Of a stretch of 64,000 bases of DNA, positions 1-8,509 are shown piece after piece. Numbering within the stretch: the stretch's first letter is position 1; every line of letters starts with the position of its first letter. Source of the stretch: a virus; the IMG/VR virus record IMGVR_UViG_3300045988_176431, positions 128,001 through 192,000 of that record; one strand, given 5' to 3'. The notes below the pieces were generated by a model. It worked only from the letters and a program-made list of their open reading frames with translations. It was not told the origin of the DNA and did not search any database. The position numbers and the translations under genes are program-made.

Positions 1-1
1 T

Positions 2-343
2 TTCTGTCATTTTGTATCTGATTTTTATTTACAGAGCAAAAGCAATAGTTTGATTAAGAAAAAGGACTGGTGGGAAAATCGGCATAAGAAATCAAATGAT
101 AGGAAGTATAACTATATTTTTGGTTTACTCTTACATTCCTTTGTTTGGGGAATATCTATCTTATTACCGTTTTTCTTTGAAACAGGTAATTTATATTATC
201 CAGTCTTGCTTTTTAATGTTATGATACATGCTTATATTGATAATTTGAAATCAAATAAAAAATCAATTAGTTCTGTTCTCGATCAGGTACTACACTTGAT
301 ACAAATTATTATTACTTGGTTAGTGATAAGTATACTTTATTAG
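2..343 (+). CDS. DUF3307-like membrane protein, 5' end outside window
   Basis: Frame is open from the window edge. 'HFVSDFYLQS' resembles the H-x3-DF-x-Q signature of DUF3307. Hydrophobic segments present; hairpin follows. Confidence 0.45.
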   Translation, partial: FCHFVSDFYLQSKSNSLIKKKDWWENRHKKSNDRKYNYIFGLLLHSFVWGISILLPFFFETGNLYYPVLLFNVMIHAYIDNLKSNKKSISSVLDQVLHLIQIIITWLVISILY

Positions 344-370
344 AAGTATACTTATCACTAACTTTTATTC
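321..370 (+). terminator. intrinsic terminator hairpin
   Basis: Perfect 15-bp stem: tagtgataagtatac (321-335) pairs with gtatacttatcacta (346-360). T-rich tail follows. Confidence 0.6.
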
Positions 371-386
371 AGAAAGGAGAAATGAT

Positions 387-785
387 ATGGATGAATTGAT
401 AATCATCATAGTTTTTGTATCATTAGCATTTCTAATGGTAGTTAGTTTTATAATTGATCGTGAAAAATCGATTTCAGCAGATTTAGTGCATACCTTCGAT
501 CAAACGTCTATATTAATAGACGCTATTGAAGAAGCAATCTCAACAAATCCTGAAGAATTAAATAAATATTATCATGATTTGTATGAGTTACTGAAAGATG
601 ATACTTTAATAAATGGAATAAGACATCTTTCAGACGCACAAAAGATAAAATACTTGTTACATAAACAAGTTGAGTTATATTCTCTGTATAAAAAGATTAT
701 ACGAGAAATACCAATATCTAAAGGAGGTGACTTGGATGATACCAAAAAATACGATGTTGAGGAACAACATCAAGAAAATAATTAA
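387..785 (+). CDS. hypothetical protein with N-terminal TM helix
   Basis: SD aaaggaga lies upstream of the ATG. 132-aa ORF with hydrophobic N-terminus. Confidence 0.6.
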   Translation: MDELIIIIVFVSLAFLMVVSFIIDREKSISADLVHTFDQTSILIDAIEEAISTNPEELNKYYHDLYELLKDDTLINGIRHLSDAQKIKYLLHKQVELYSLYKKIIREIPISKGGDLDDTKKYDVEEQHQENN

Positions 786-1179
786 AGGACGATGTCCTGA
801 ATGTTTAGAAGACATTAAGAAAATGAATGTTGATGATTTTCAAGGACTTTATCATGTTACTAGACGTTTGAACCAAATGATTAAGAAAAGGACAAATTCT
901 ATGTTGGCTGGTTCTAGTATTAACTTAGAAGAAGTCGGTGACCTTTTAGGTTTAATTGAAGAACGATTAATTCTTGAGGGTCATGATTTGAATGATGCTA
1001 TGAATTATCATAAATCTCTTGTTAATCATTATGGTAGTTATTCAAAGCATTACACATCAACTTCTTCTATTGATTTAGATTGTAAGATTTTCTTACCATA
1101 CGTAGACAGAGGTAAAATTGTTACAGATGGTGATTATGTTTCAAGAAAATCACGAATACAAGATGGAAAGGAGTACTAA
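736..1179 (+). CDS. hypothetical protein
   Basis: Start moved from the track's 670 to ATG 736, which sits behind SD aaggaggtga (721-730). This still overlaps the previous gene's end. Confidence 0.6.
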   Translation: MIPKNTMLRNNIKKIIKGRCPECLEDIKKMNVDDFQGLYHVTRRLNQMIKKRTNSMLAGSSINLEEVGDLLGLIEERLILEGHDLNDAMNYHKSLVNHYGSYSKHYTSTSSIDLDCKIFLPYVDRGKIVTDGDYVSRKSRIQDGKEY

Positions 1180-1593
1180 ATGTTAGGAACATTATTACTT
1201 ATATGCGGAATTACATTTGCCGTATATTTTCTTGAAGAAATCTTAAAACTTCTTGCAAAACCAAGAATTGATCAGATTTCTAATATAGATTACGACGATG
1301 AAGACGATTTCAAAAAATCGTTGCGAATAGCTAGATTTTATGCAACTATGATTCCTTTTTTGGCAATCATAATTAATTTAATCATTTTTGAAATGATAAT
1401 TCGATTTAGTAGTGTAAAATTAGTCGTTCCACCATTAGCAGTATTTTTTACATTTTTAGTAATAGGATTTTCTTATCCTGTATTATGTCGTTCCTATGCT
1501 AAAATATCACGTGGTATTAAATACTACTCATTTTTACGAATTATCACATTATTTACATGGAATTTTGTGATAATCAATAATTATATAGTATAA
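1180..1593 (+). CDS. multi-pass membrane protein
   Basis: ATG directly abuts the previous stop (TAAATG). Several hydrophobic stretches. Confidence 0.6.
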   Translation: MLGTLLLICGITFAVYFLEEILKLLAKPRIDQISNIDYDDEDDFKKSLRIARFYATMIPFLAIIINLIIFEMIIRFSSVKLVVPPLAVFFTFLVIGFSYPVLCRSYAKISRGIKYYSFLRIITLFTWNFVIINNYIV

Positions 1594-1684
1594 ATAGTTT
1601 TTTCAATTATATACTATATTTGTGAATCTAAATAAATAATATAGAGATGGTAAACTCTTATAAAACCAGAAAGGTGGTCTTATT

Positions 1685-1867
1685 ATGAAAAAGACAACAT
1701 ATGAAAATTTAACAAAAGTCAGCAAGGGAGCTGGAATTGTTGCTGGCATTGGAACTTGTATTGGAGCAGGTATTGGTGTTATCATGAACATCTTCTCTGA
1801 CAAAGTAGAAGAAGAAGTTCCTGTCGAAGAGACAAAGAAGTCTCGTAAAACAAAGGAGGCAAAATAA
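1685..1867 (+). CDS. small membrane protein (Gly-zipper TM)
   Basis: SD aaaggtgg upstream. 'GAGIVAGIGTCIGAGIGVI' TM segment followed by a charged tail. Confidence 0.55.
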   Translation: MKKTTYENLTKVSKGAGIVAGIGTCIGAGIGVIMNIFSDKVEEEVPVEETKKSRKTKEAK

Positions 1868-2037
1868 TGAAAATTCTGAAAACAGTTGTAGCGGGTGCAT
1901 TGACGCTCGTGTGTGCAGCTTCGATTTATGAGGCATCATATATCGGAGTAAGAGCATTGGATTCAGATATTCAGTGCTTAAAGAAACCAGAAGAACCGCC
2001 AGTGAAAAAACATTGGTGGTCAAGAAAGGAGAAGTAA
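1867..2037 (+). CDS. small membrane protein (56 aa, below ORF-track cutoff)
   Basis: Hand-translated as MKILKTVVAGALTLVCAASIY...HWWSRKEK. TAATG overlap with the previous gene. Confidence 0.45.
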   Translation: MKILKTVVAGALTLVCAASIYEASYIGVRALDSDIQCLKKPEEPPVKKHWWSRKEK

Positions 2038-2038
2038 C

Positions 2039-2206
2039 ATGAAAGGAAAAACTATGTTCCAGCATGTAATTGCTGGAACAATTACGGCAGTTTCGATTCC
2101 TTTGTTATATAAAGGAATCGAAAGTCTCATTGGATTACCGATGAGAAAAAGAGATCTTGACCTTGATGATATTGAGGATGATTTCGAATTTGATGATGAA
2201 GACTAA
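2039..2206 (+). CDS. small membrane protein with acidic tail (55 aa)
   Basis: Hand-translated as MKGKTMFQHVIAGTITAVSIPLLY...DDIEDDFEFDDED. Starts 1 nt after the previous stop. Confidence 0.45.
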   Translation: MKGKTMFQHVIAGTITAVSIPLLYKGIESLIGLPMRKRDLDLDDIEDDFEFDDED

Positions 2207-2226
2207 CTATCTTCATCATCAATTTA

Positions 2227-2268
2227 AAAGAAGAGTCATTTTATCTATATGAACTCTTCTTTTTTTCT
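2227..2268 (+). terminator. intrinsic terminator
   Basis: Stem aaagaagagt / actcttcttt followed by a T-run. Confidence 0.6.
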
Positions 2269-2311
2269 TCACATTATATTAAAACAATTTATAATGAAAG
2301 GAGACATGATT

Positions 2312-2665
2312 ATGAAATATTATGCTTATCTATTATCTAAAGAAGATATAAAAGATGGTAGAAAAAAGGGCTTAGCATATGCTATTAAAAACAAAAATAA
2401 ATGGGTTGATATTTCTGCAGTGAAAGATGAAATAAATACATATGATAAAGGTACCACTGTATTATCTTATAAACAAACAGCCTATAATATTTATAAAGAC
2501 TATGTTTCAATTGATGAACAGTATCGTGTTTATATTTGTGAAGAAAGAGGATATGATTACGATAATAAAGAATTTATTGAAAATACTTTTTATCCAAAAA
2601 AAGAAACTGAAACAACTACACCAGATAAATCCGATTCATCTAAAGATTCTAACACTGGAAAATAA
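2312..2665 (+). CDS. hypothetical protein
   Basis: Start moved to ATG 2312, 8 nt after SD aaaggag. The track start at 2249 lies inside the upstream terminator. Confidence 0.6.
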   Translation: MKYYAYLLSKEDIKDGRKKGLAYAIKNKNKWVDISAVKDEINTYDKGTTVLSYKQTAYNIYKDYVSIDEQYRVYICEERGYDYDNKEFIENTFYPKKETETTTPDKSDSSKDSNTGK

Positions 2666-2667
2666 TT

Positions 2668-2706
2668 TTAAAAGTTGCAGTAGATTTTTTCTACTGCAAC
2701 TTTTAA
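2668..2706 (+). terminator. intrinsic terminator
   Basis: Stem aaaagttgcagtag / ctactgcaactttt. Confidence 0.6.
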
Positions 2707-2772
2707 TTCACTGGTTTTCTTATATATTATATTTATAGTAATTATAGATAATATAAGAAAGGATGATTAATT

Positions 2773-3519
2773 ATGGTAAATGAAATGTTTAATATGTATA
2801 AATACACAATAAAAAATATATTCCCTATATTTGATTTTTGTGTATTAAATAAAGGAATTAAAAAGATTGAGTTAATAACAAGTAAAGAAACTGATAAAGC
2901 GGTTGGATTTGATATAACAACAAATGATGAAAGAAGTCTTTATATTATTAATGATGAGAACTATGATTATACACAACATGATAAATACAGCTCTACATCT
3001 ATACTTATAAAATCTAAACTTTTTACATCTTATTATCAAGTTACAAATGAGATATATCGTGAGAAAAAATATTATGAATACACAAATGAAGATGTTGCAA
3101 ATGGAAAAGACAAGGAATTATTTATATCTAAGATATTAGAAAGACAACCTTGTTTAAAGAATAAAGAAATAACTCTTATTGATGATTGTTTATCATCTGG
3201 TTGTATTGAACGTTATAAATATCATATTAAGATGTTAAATAAAATAAATCAGGCTATATCTGAAGGATTTGTATACAAGTTATTAACTGAAAAAAGGTAT
3301 CTTACAGTCCAATATAAAGAAGGAATTTTAGTTGGTGATTATTTATTACCAATTAATTTTGCATTATTTATTGATAATGATTGTGAAGATGCCAGACTCA
3401 AATTAACAAAGTATGAAAAACAAGCATTAAAGAAAAAATCTTGTAAATTAAAAATAAATATGAAGAAACCTGATTGCATAGGTGCTTATGTATTTGAAAT
3501 TGTAAAGGAAGGTGAATAA
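2773..3519 (+). CDS. hypothetical protein
   Basis: 248-aa ORF with SD aaaggatga upstream. Confidence 0.65.
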   Translation: MVNEMFNMYKYTIKNIFPIFDFCVLNKGIKKIELITSKETDKAVGFDITTNDERSLYIINDENYDYTQHDKYSSTSILIKSKLFTSYYQVTNEIYREKKYYEYTNEDVANGKDKELFISKILERQPCLKNKEITLIDDCLSSGCIERYKYHIKMLNKINQAISEGFVYKLLTEKRYLTVQYKEGILVGDYLLPINFALFIDNDCEDARLKLTKYEKQALKKKSCKLKINMKKPDCIGAYVFEIVKEGE

Positions 3520-3520
3520 T

Positions 3521-5782
3521 ATGTTAGAAGAAGTAAATAACTTAAAAACAATTGGACAAAAATTTGAGTACATGAAATCTCATTTATCTCGTAAAAATAT
3601 GAAAGATATTCGTTTCTTATTAGAAACACCTGAGGTAAAACGATATGTACAGTTTATGGTGAATCGCGGAAGAAGTAATATGAAAGATTTTTCAGAAGAA
3701 GAGTATATTCCTCTTTCTGATTTAGTCTTTATATTACAATCTCTTTATAATTATTCGACTGAAGAATCACCAATTTCAGATGAAGATTATGATGTATTAT
3801 ATGAAATTCTTGAAAATAAAGACATCAATATTATTACAACACCTGTTTTACGAAAAGATGTTGTTCATCATAAATATACTCATTTAAGAGGAACTCTTGA
3901 AAAGATTTATGCCTTAGATGATGAGGAGAATATTTCAAATGAAACAAGAAGAAGACTTAGTGATTGGATTAAAACATCAGAAAAGTCAATTAAGGATTCA
4001 ACAGGTGAAGATGTAAATTTATCAAAAGAAGAAGTGTATATCTTTCCTAAATGGGATGGAGTTTCTATCATTTTTGAGATTGACGAGAATAATAAGATAC
4101 AAAGATCCCTTACTCGAGGGAATACTGAGTTAAATGAAGCAGAAGATGTTACCTTTATTTTTAAACTAATTGAAAGTAAAGTTGTATGCCCTGAAATGAA
4201 AGGAAAAGCATATGGCTTAAAAACAGAGGTAATGATGAAAGAAGATGATTTAGCAAAGTATAACAAAGAACACAATACAGATTATAAATCAACTCGTTCA
4301 ATTGTATCTTCTATTATTAATAGTGATGAGGCAGATGGACGAGAACAACTTTTGGAAATCGTAAAATTAAGAACTAGTATTTTAGATAAGGATGGAAATG
4401 AATCCATTGAAACATTAGTTGATGAAGTATTTGATCGTCCATTTTTAGTATGTTCCTTAGAGGATGTAGAAGCAATTCGTAAGTTTTCATTTCAACATCG
4501 ATATGTTGATGGATTACGATGTGATGGCTCTGTTATCTATCTAAAGAATAAAAAACTTCAAAAAGTGTTAGGTCGTAAAGATGCTAAAAATAAATTTGAA
4601 GTTGCTTACAAATTCAATGAAGAATTTGAATATACAAAACTAAAAGACATCATCTTTCAAGTAGGAACTTTTGGTACAATTAACCCAATTGCAATTATTG
4701 ATCCAGTTGTTATTAAAGGAAACACGATTCAGAGAATCTCACTAGGGTCTATGTATCGATTCTGGGATTTGAAATTATCAAAAGGAGATACTGTAAAAGT
4801 AATCTATGAAATCATTCCTTATCTTGTCTTTGATGAAAATGATGAAAAATGTAAAAAGAGTAAGAATCCTTTAATCGAAGCACCAAAGAGATGCCCTGAA
4901 TGTGGGCATAAATTATCTTATAAAATTGATGAAGAGACTGGAAAACCTGTTTTACCAAAATGTGAGAATCCAGATTGTGATTATATAAAGAAAAAGAAGA
5001 TTGTAAATTATATTCAGAAAATGAATATGAGTGGAATTTCTTATGAGACAATTTCTACTTTATATAATTATAAACTCTTAAAATCAATTAAAGATTTATA
5101 TAAGTTAAAGAAGAAAGACATCAAAAATATTCCAGGATTTGCTGAAATATCGGCAAATCATATCATTGATGAAATTAATAATCATCGAAAAGTTGTAGAT
5201 GCAGATTTACTTGGTTCGATTGGAATTGCACATGCTTCTAAGAAATTATTTCAAAAGATATTCAAAATTTATACAATTGATGAATTAATGGATTTTGCAG
5301 ATGCTGATGAAATTGTTCCTCTCACCTGTATCAATGGAATCAAAGATGCGAAAGCAAAGATTGTATTAAAAGGTGTTCAAAAGAATCGTAGTTTGATATT
5401 ATTCCTTATGGATGAATTAGAGATTATTAGTGCTAGAGATTCTAGAACATTTCAGTGTAGATTCAAAGCATGTTTCACTAAGATACGAAGTGAATCCATT
5501 AAACAGTTGATTGAGAGTTTCAATGGCATTGTTGTAGATAATGTAACAAAAGATACAGATTTTCTTATTGTACCAAGTAAGAATACAGAATCATCTTCTG
5601 TTACAAAAGCAAAGAAATATAAAATTCCAATTATTCCAATTGATAATGTTGAATCATATATAAAAGATAGATTTAACATGAAGAAAACTAAAAAACCTAT
5701 GAGTAATGAAGACATGCTTAAGAAAATTTTTAATAATAAAGATGGAATTCATTTTGAAAACGGGGAACTTTTCTTTGATTAA
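3521..5782 (+). CDS. ligA: NAD-dependent DNA ligase (LigA family)
   Basis: Adenylation motif 'FPKWDGVSI' (KxDG). C4 zinc finger 'CPECGHKL...CENPDC'. HhH-like region and a BRCT-like C-terminus 'FLIVPSKNT...KAKKYKIPIIPID'. ATG 3521 sits behind SD aaggaaggtga. Confidence 0.85.
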   Translation: MLEEVNNLKTIGQKFEYMKSHLSRKNMKDIRFLLETPEVKRYVQFMVNRGRSNMKDFSEEEYIPLSDLVFILQSLYNYSTEESPISDEDYDVLYEILENKDINIITTPVLRKDVVHHKYTHLRGTLEKIYALDDEENISNETRRRLSDWIKTSEKSIKDSTGEDVNLSKEEVYIFPKWDGVSIIFEIDENNKIQRSLTRGNTELNEAEDVTFIFKLIESKVVCPEMKGKAYGLKTEVMMKEDDLAKYNKEHNTDYKSTRSIVSSIINSDEADGREQLLEIVKLRTSILDKDGNESIETLVDEVFDRPFLVCSLEDVEAIRKFSFQHRYVDGLRCDGSVIYLKNKKLQKVLGRKDAKNKFEVAYKFNEEFEYTKLKDIIFQVGTFGTINPIAIIDPVVIKGNTIQRISLGSMYRFWDLKLSKGDTVKVIYEIIPYLVFDENDEKCKKSKNPLIEAPKRCPECGHKLSYKIDEETGKPVLPKCENPDCDYIKKKKIVNYIQKMNMSGISYETISTLYNYKLLKSIKDLYKLKKKDIKNIPGFAEISANHIIDEINNHRKVVDADLLGSIGIAHASKKLFQKIFKIYTIDELMDFADADEIVPLTCINGIKDAKAKIVLKGVQKNRSLILFLMDELEIISARDSRTFQCRFKACFTKIRSESIKQLIESFNGIVVDNVTKDTDFLIVPSKNTESSSVTKAKKYKIPIIPIDNVESYIKDRFNMKKTKKPMSNEDMLKKIFNNKDGIHFENGELFFD

Positions 5783-5803
5783 TCTCATTTCAATATGATA
5801 AAA

Positions 5804-5845
5804 AAGAAGAACAGAGAATTTACTCTCTGTTCTTCTTTTTTTTAT
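5804..5845. terminator. bidirectional terminator between convergent genes
   Basis: Stem aagaagaacagag / ctctgttcttctt flanked by an A-run and a T-run. Confidence 0.7.
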
Positions 5846-5846
5846 T

Positions 5847-6431
5847 TTATAAGTAATATTTTGGATAAGATTCATTAAATAATTTATGACGAATCACATC
5901 ATCAACAACGATTCCTACTAATGATAATAAGAACCATAAATTTGAAAATAATAAACAAATTTGTCCAAGTAGATTATATGCTTGATTAGAATAATCCCAA
6001 ACATCTAAGTGTAACCATAAATTTAGAACACATCCTGATACAAATTCTAATCCTGTAATAATTAAAGATGAAATAACCATTTGTGTTACAATACTCATAG
6101 TTACTAATTCATTGATTAAACCAATAAGAACAAAACATAATCCACCACAAATAAGCATTGATATATGTGTTCGTCCTCGAAAAGCAACTTCGATAGAACC
6201 ATAGATTGCAGATCCAATAATGAATAACATACAACCTTTAAAAAATCGCTTAACTGAAAGAGGAGTTTCTTTTTCACTTCCTACCTGAAATTGCATTACA
6301 AATAAAAATCCCCATAAGATACCCATAAGAAGACATCCTATAAATTTTATATTTATCATATACATAGATATGATTCCAGATAAAAATCCTGCAATAAAGA
6401 AACTAATAAATTCTTTCATATTTTTTTTCAT
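5847..6431 (-). CDS. polytopic membrane protein, PF06541 (DUF1113)-like
   Basis: Multiple TM segments. 'LHLDVWDYSNQAYNLLGQICL' resembles the WDYS motif of that family, as I recall it. Confidence 0.5.
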   Translation of the reverse strand: MKKNMKEFISFFIAGFLSGIISMYMINIKFIGCLLMGILWGFLFVMQFQVGSEKETPLSVKRFFKGCMLFIIGSAIYGSIEVAFRGRTHISMLICGGLCFVLIGLINELVTMSIVTQMVISSLIITGLEFVSGCVLNLWLHLDVWDYSNQAYNLLGQICLLFSNLWFLLSLVGIVVDDVIRHKLFNESYPKYYL

Positions 6432-6440
6432 AAAACCACC

Positions 6441-6701
6441 TCAGACAATCACAATATCACTTACTGCTTGTGTTGCAGCAGATATTAATAATACCTCACG
6501 ACCTGTTACAGATGGCTTCTCTCTTTCTGGAAGTGATGTAGAGACAACAACTTTTGGTCCAATATCATCCTTTAAAGTTGTTCCATCTGTACGTGTTACA
6601 ACACTTTCAATATTTGTTTCAGGATATATAACATCTCTATCTAATGGTTTACTAGCATTAGCTGGAGGTGCATAAATTCTACCTTTTGTAATTACTGCCA
6701 T
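6441..6701 (-). CDS. hypothetical structural-module protein
   Basis: ATG 6701 (MAVITKG) behind SD aaggaaggtg. Promoter motif upstream. Confidence 0.55.
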   Translation of the reverse strand: MAVITKGRIYAPPANASKPLDRDVIYPETNIESVVTRTDGTTLKDDIGPKVVVSTSLPEREKPSVTGREVLLISAATQAVSDIVIV

Positions 6702-6727
6702 AATTGACACCTTCCTTTCCTAATTTT

Positions 6728-6743
6728 TTAATATATTGTCTTT
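6728..6743 (-). promoter_or_regulatory. A-tract/ACA promoter-like motif
   Basis: Coding-strand AAAGACAATATATTAA, 37 nt upstream of ATG 6701. Confidence 0.45.
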
Positions 6744-6984
6744 ACCAATCTTGTTTAAACATTTTAAAAATATCAGCATCAGGTACCTCTTCTTCACCTG
6801 TTGGTACTAACATGAAATCTGAATTATTGGATTCTTTTATAGAAGATGTAATAGTTGGACGATTTAATACATTATCATATCTTGTTGTTGGAAAGATAAT
6901 TCTTTTTTTCTTTTTTGCACCATCTTCTTCAATAATCTCATGAAAAAAACTGTCAGAATATCCAACATTCTTTAATTTACCCAT
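6742..6984 (-). CDS. hypothetical protein
   Basis: 80-aa ORF with SD ggaagtga upstream. Confidence 0.55.
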   Translation of the reverse strand: MGKLKNVGYSDSFFHEIIEEDGAKKKKRIIFPTTRYDNVLNRPTITSSIKESNNSDFMLVPTGEEEVPDADIFKMFKQDW

Positions 6985-7003
6985 ATAGATTCACTTCCTT
7001 TCT

Positions 7004-7180
7004 CTATTCCCCAGTCAAGTAAACATGCTTAATAGAATTATCAAGATTTAATTGATAATTTTCTACTGTACCATCATTTGGCGTGGCAATCATGAAATGA
7101 TCTGTTGGAATATTTTCCATATTAGATTTTTTATCTACAATTGCGTTACTTACATTAAAGTCACGAACATCACTACTCAT
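7004..7180 (-). CDS. small hypothetical protein (58 aa, below track cutoff)
   Basis: Hand-translated as MSSDVRDFNVSNAIVDKK...HVYLTGE. SD aatgaggtga upstream. Fills an otherwise empty gap in the operon. Confidence 0.45.
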   Translation of the reverse strand: MSSDVRDFNVSNAIVDKKSNMENIPTDHFMIATPNDGTVENYQLNLDNSIKHVYLTGE

Positions 7181-7194
7181 ATTATCACCTCATT

Positions 7195-8496
7195 CTACCA
7201 TTTTAATGTACTATTAATTGTGTAATTGGTTAATTCTTCCGTATCTGAGAAGTTTCCAGATGCATTCTTCAAACCAACAAAGAATCCACTCAAATCTGTA
7301 GAATCTTTTGTAAGTCTACCATCAATTGTTTCAACTCTTCCAAATAAATCTTCTAAGTCTTTCATTGAAGTTTCTGCATCTTCAATATCCTCAGTAATAC
7401 CTTTTGCATATACATTACGGAATCTTTCAATCCATAAAGTAATACCGTTAACAATTTCTTCACCTGGTTCTGAAGGATTAACATAAACAGCACCAGAAAA
7501 ACCAACTTTAGCAATTGTTTTTAAAGCAGATTCATAAGCTGGTAATTGAATAAAGTTAATAATACGATTATATGGATTATTATAATCCGTTGGTAAAATT
7601 GTATAATTATCTTTTGTTACAAAGGAACCAATGTAAAGATGAGTAAGAGCAATGATTCTTTCATTCATTTTATCATCATCAATTAATGATTTATAAACTT
7701 TTAAAGCATTTTCATCTTTTACAACATAATCAAGAGCAAGTTTCATTTTATGTAATGAAACATTCATGATTTTAATTGTACAATATTTGGAATTTTCACG
7801 TGTAATATTGAGTTCATCAAATACAGAAAGACTGAATTGATTTAATCTTACATATCCATTCTTTAAAAATGTTGTAACTCCACCATTTTGATCATAACTC
7901 GTGATCAAATATTGTACTTTTGCATTAGATTCTTCGTATCCTTTTTCATCAAAAAGTTTTTTCTCAGAAAGTAAAGTTTCATCTTCACCATCATAATTCT
8001 TTACAATCTGATTATAGATACCTGCACAAAAATCAATTAATGCAAGGTCTCTTGGACGAGCCATAAGATTTAAATAAATACCATTCATTTCTTGTGAGAA
8101 TGTAAATGAACCATTCTTCTCTAATAAGTTATTACTGTAAATTCCACCTGCACCATATTCGATTTTATTTGAATTTTGAATAAAATCCTGTAAATCAATC
8201 ATAGTTGTCATAAAGAACGTGTTTTCAACATCTTTACAATTATAAGAAGCAGGATATTTGAATTTTGGATAATCATTTTTTAAAGCACTTAATTGTGCAA
8301 TATAATCATCTAATTTTAATTTTTCACGATCAAAATAAATAAGAGAACCATCAGATACTCTTTTATAAGCAACTTCACCTGTTCTTTTATCCATTAACGA
8401 TTCACCATTTACTCCACGTTCTCGGTACTTCGTATCTAAGAACGAAGTACCGAAACGCAAGTTTGGTTGAATTGATGATACTGATGTGTTAGCCAC
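7195..8496 (-). CDS. hypothetical virion/tail-module protein
   Basis: 433-aa ORF with GTG start behind SD aaaggagtga. Co-oriented with the giant gene. Confidence 0.65.
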   Translation of the reverse strand: MANTSVSSIQPNLRFGTSFLDTKYRERGVNGESLMDKRTGEVAYKRVSDGSLIYFDREKLKLDDYIAQLSALKNDYPKFKYPASYNCKDVENTFFMTTMIDLQDFIQNSNKIEYGAGGIYSNNLLEKNGSFTFSQEMNGIYLNLMARPRDLALIDFCAGIYNQIVKNYDGEDETLLSEKKLFDEKGYEESNAKVQYLITSYDQNGGVTTFLKNGYVRLNQFSLSVFDELNITRENSKYCTIKIMNVSLHKMKLALDYVVKDENALKVYKSLIDDDKMNERIIALTHLYIGSFVTKDNYTILPTDYNNPYNRIINFIQLPAYESALKTIAKVGFSGAVYVNPSEPGEEIVNGITLWIERFRNVYAKGITEDIEDAETSMKDLEDLFGRVETIDGRLTKDSTDLSGFFVGLKNASGNFSDTEELTNYTINSTLKW

Positions 8497-8509
8497 AATA
8501 TCACTCCTT

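Noticed and set aside
670-735. Upstream extensions given by the ORF track (starts at 670, 2249, 3512, 14031, 14536, 17352, 28xxx-type GTG/TTG starts, 35958, 36765, 44383, 44918, 48902, 52611, 57218).
   Set aside because: In each case an internal ATG sits 5-9 nt behind a GGAGG/GGTGA-type SD, while the upstream start lacks one or lies inside a terminator. Coordinates were adjusted accordingly, with moderate certainty.
3907-4275. Numerous 60-150-aa ORFs nested antisense or out of frame within long genes (e.g. 3907-4275, 9235-9474, 10405-10620, 11719-11976, 43063-43953, 50161-50634, 55518-55871, 58641-58988).
   Set aside because: They are embedded in well-supported long ORFs, lack an SD and have low-complexity AT-driven composition. 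They are typical spurious ORFs.
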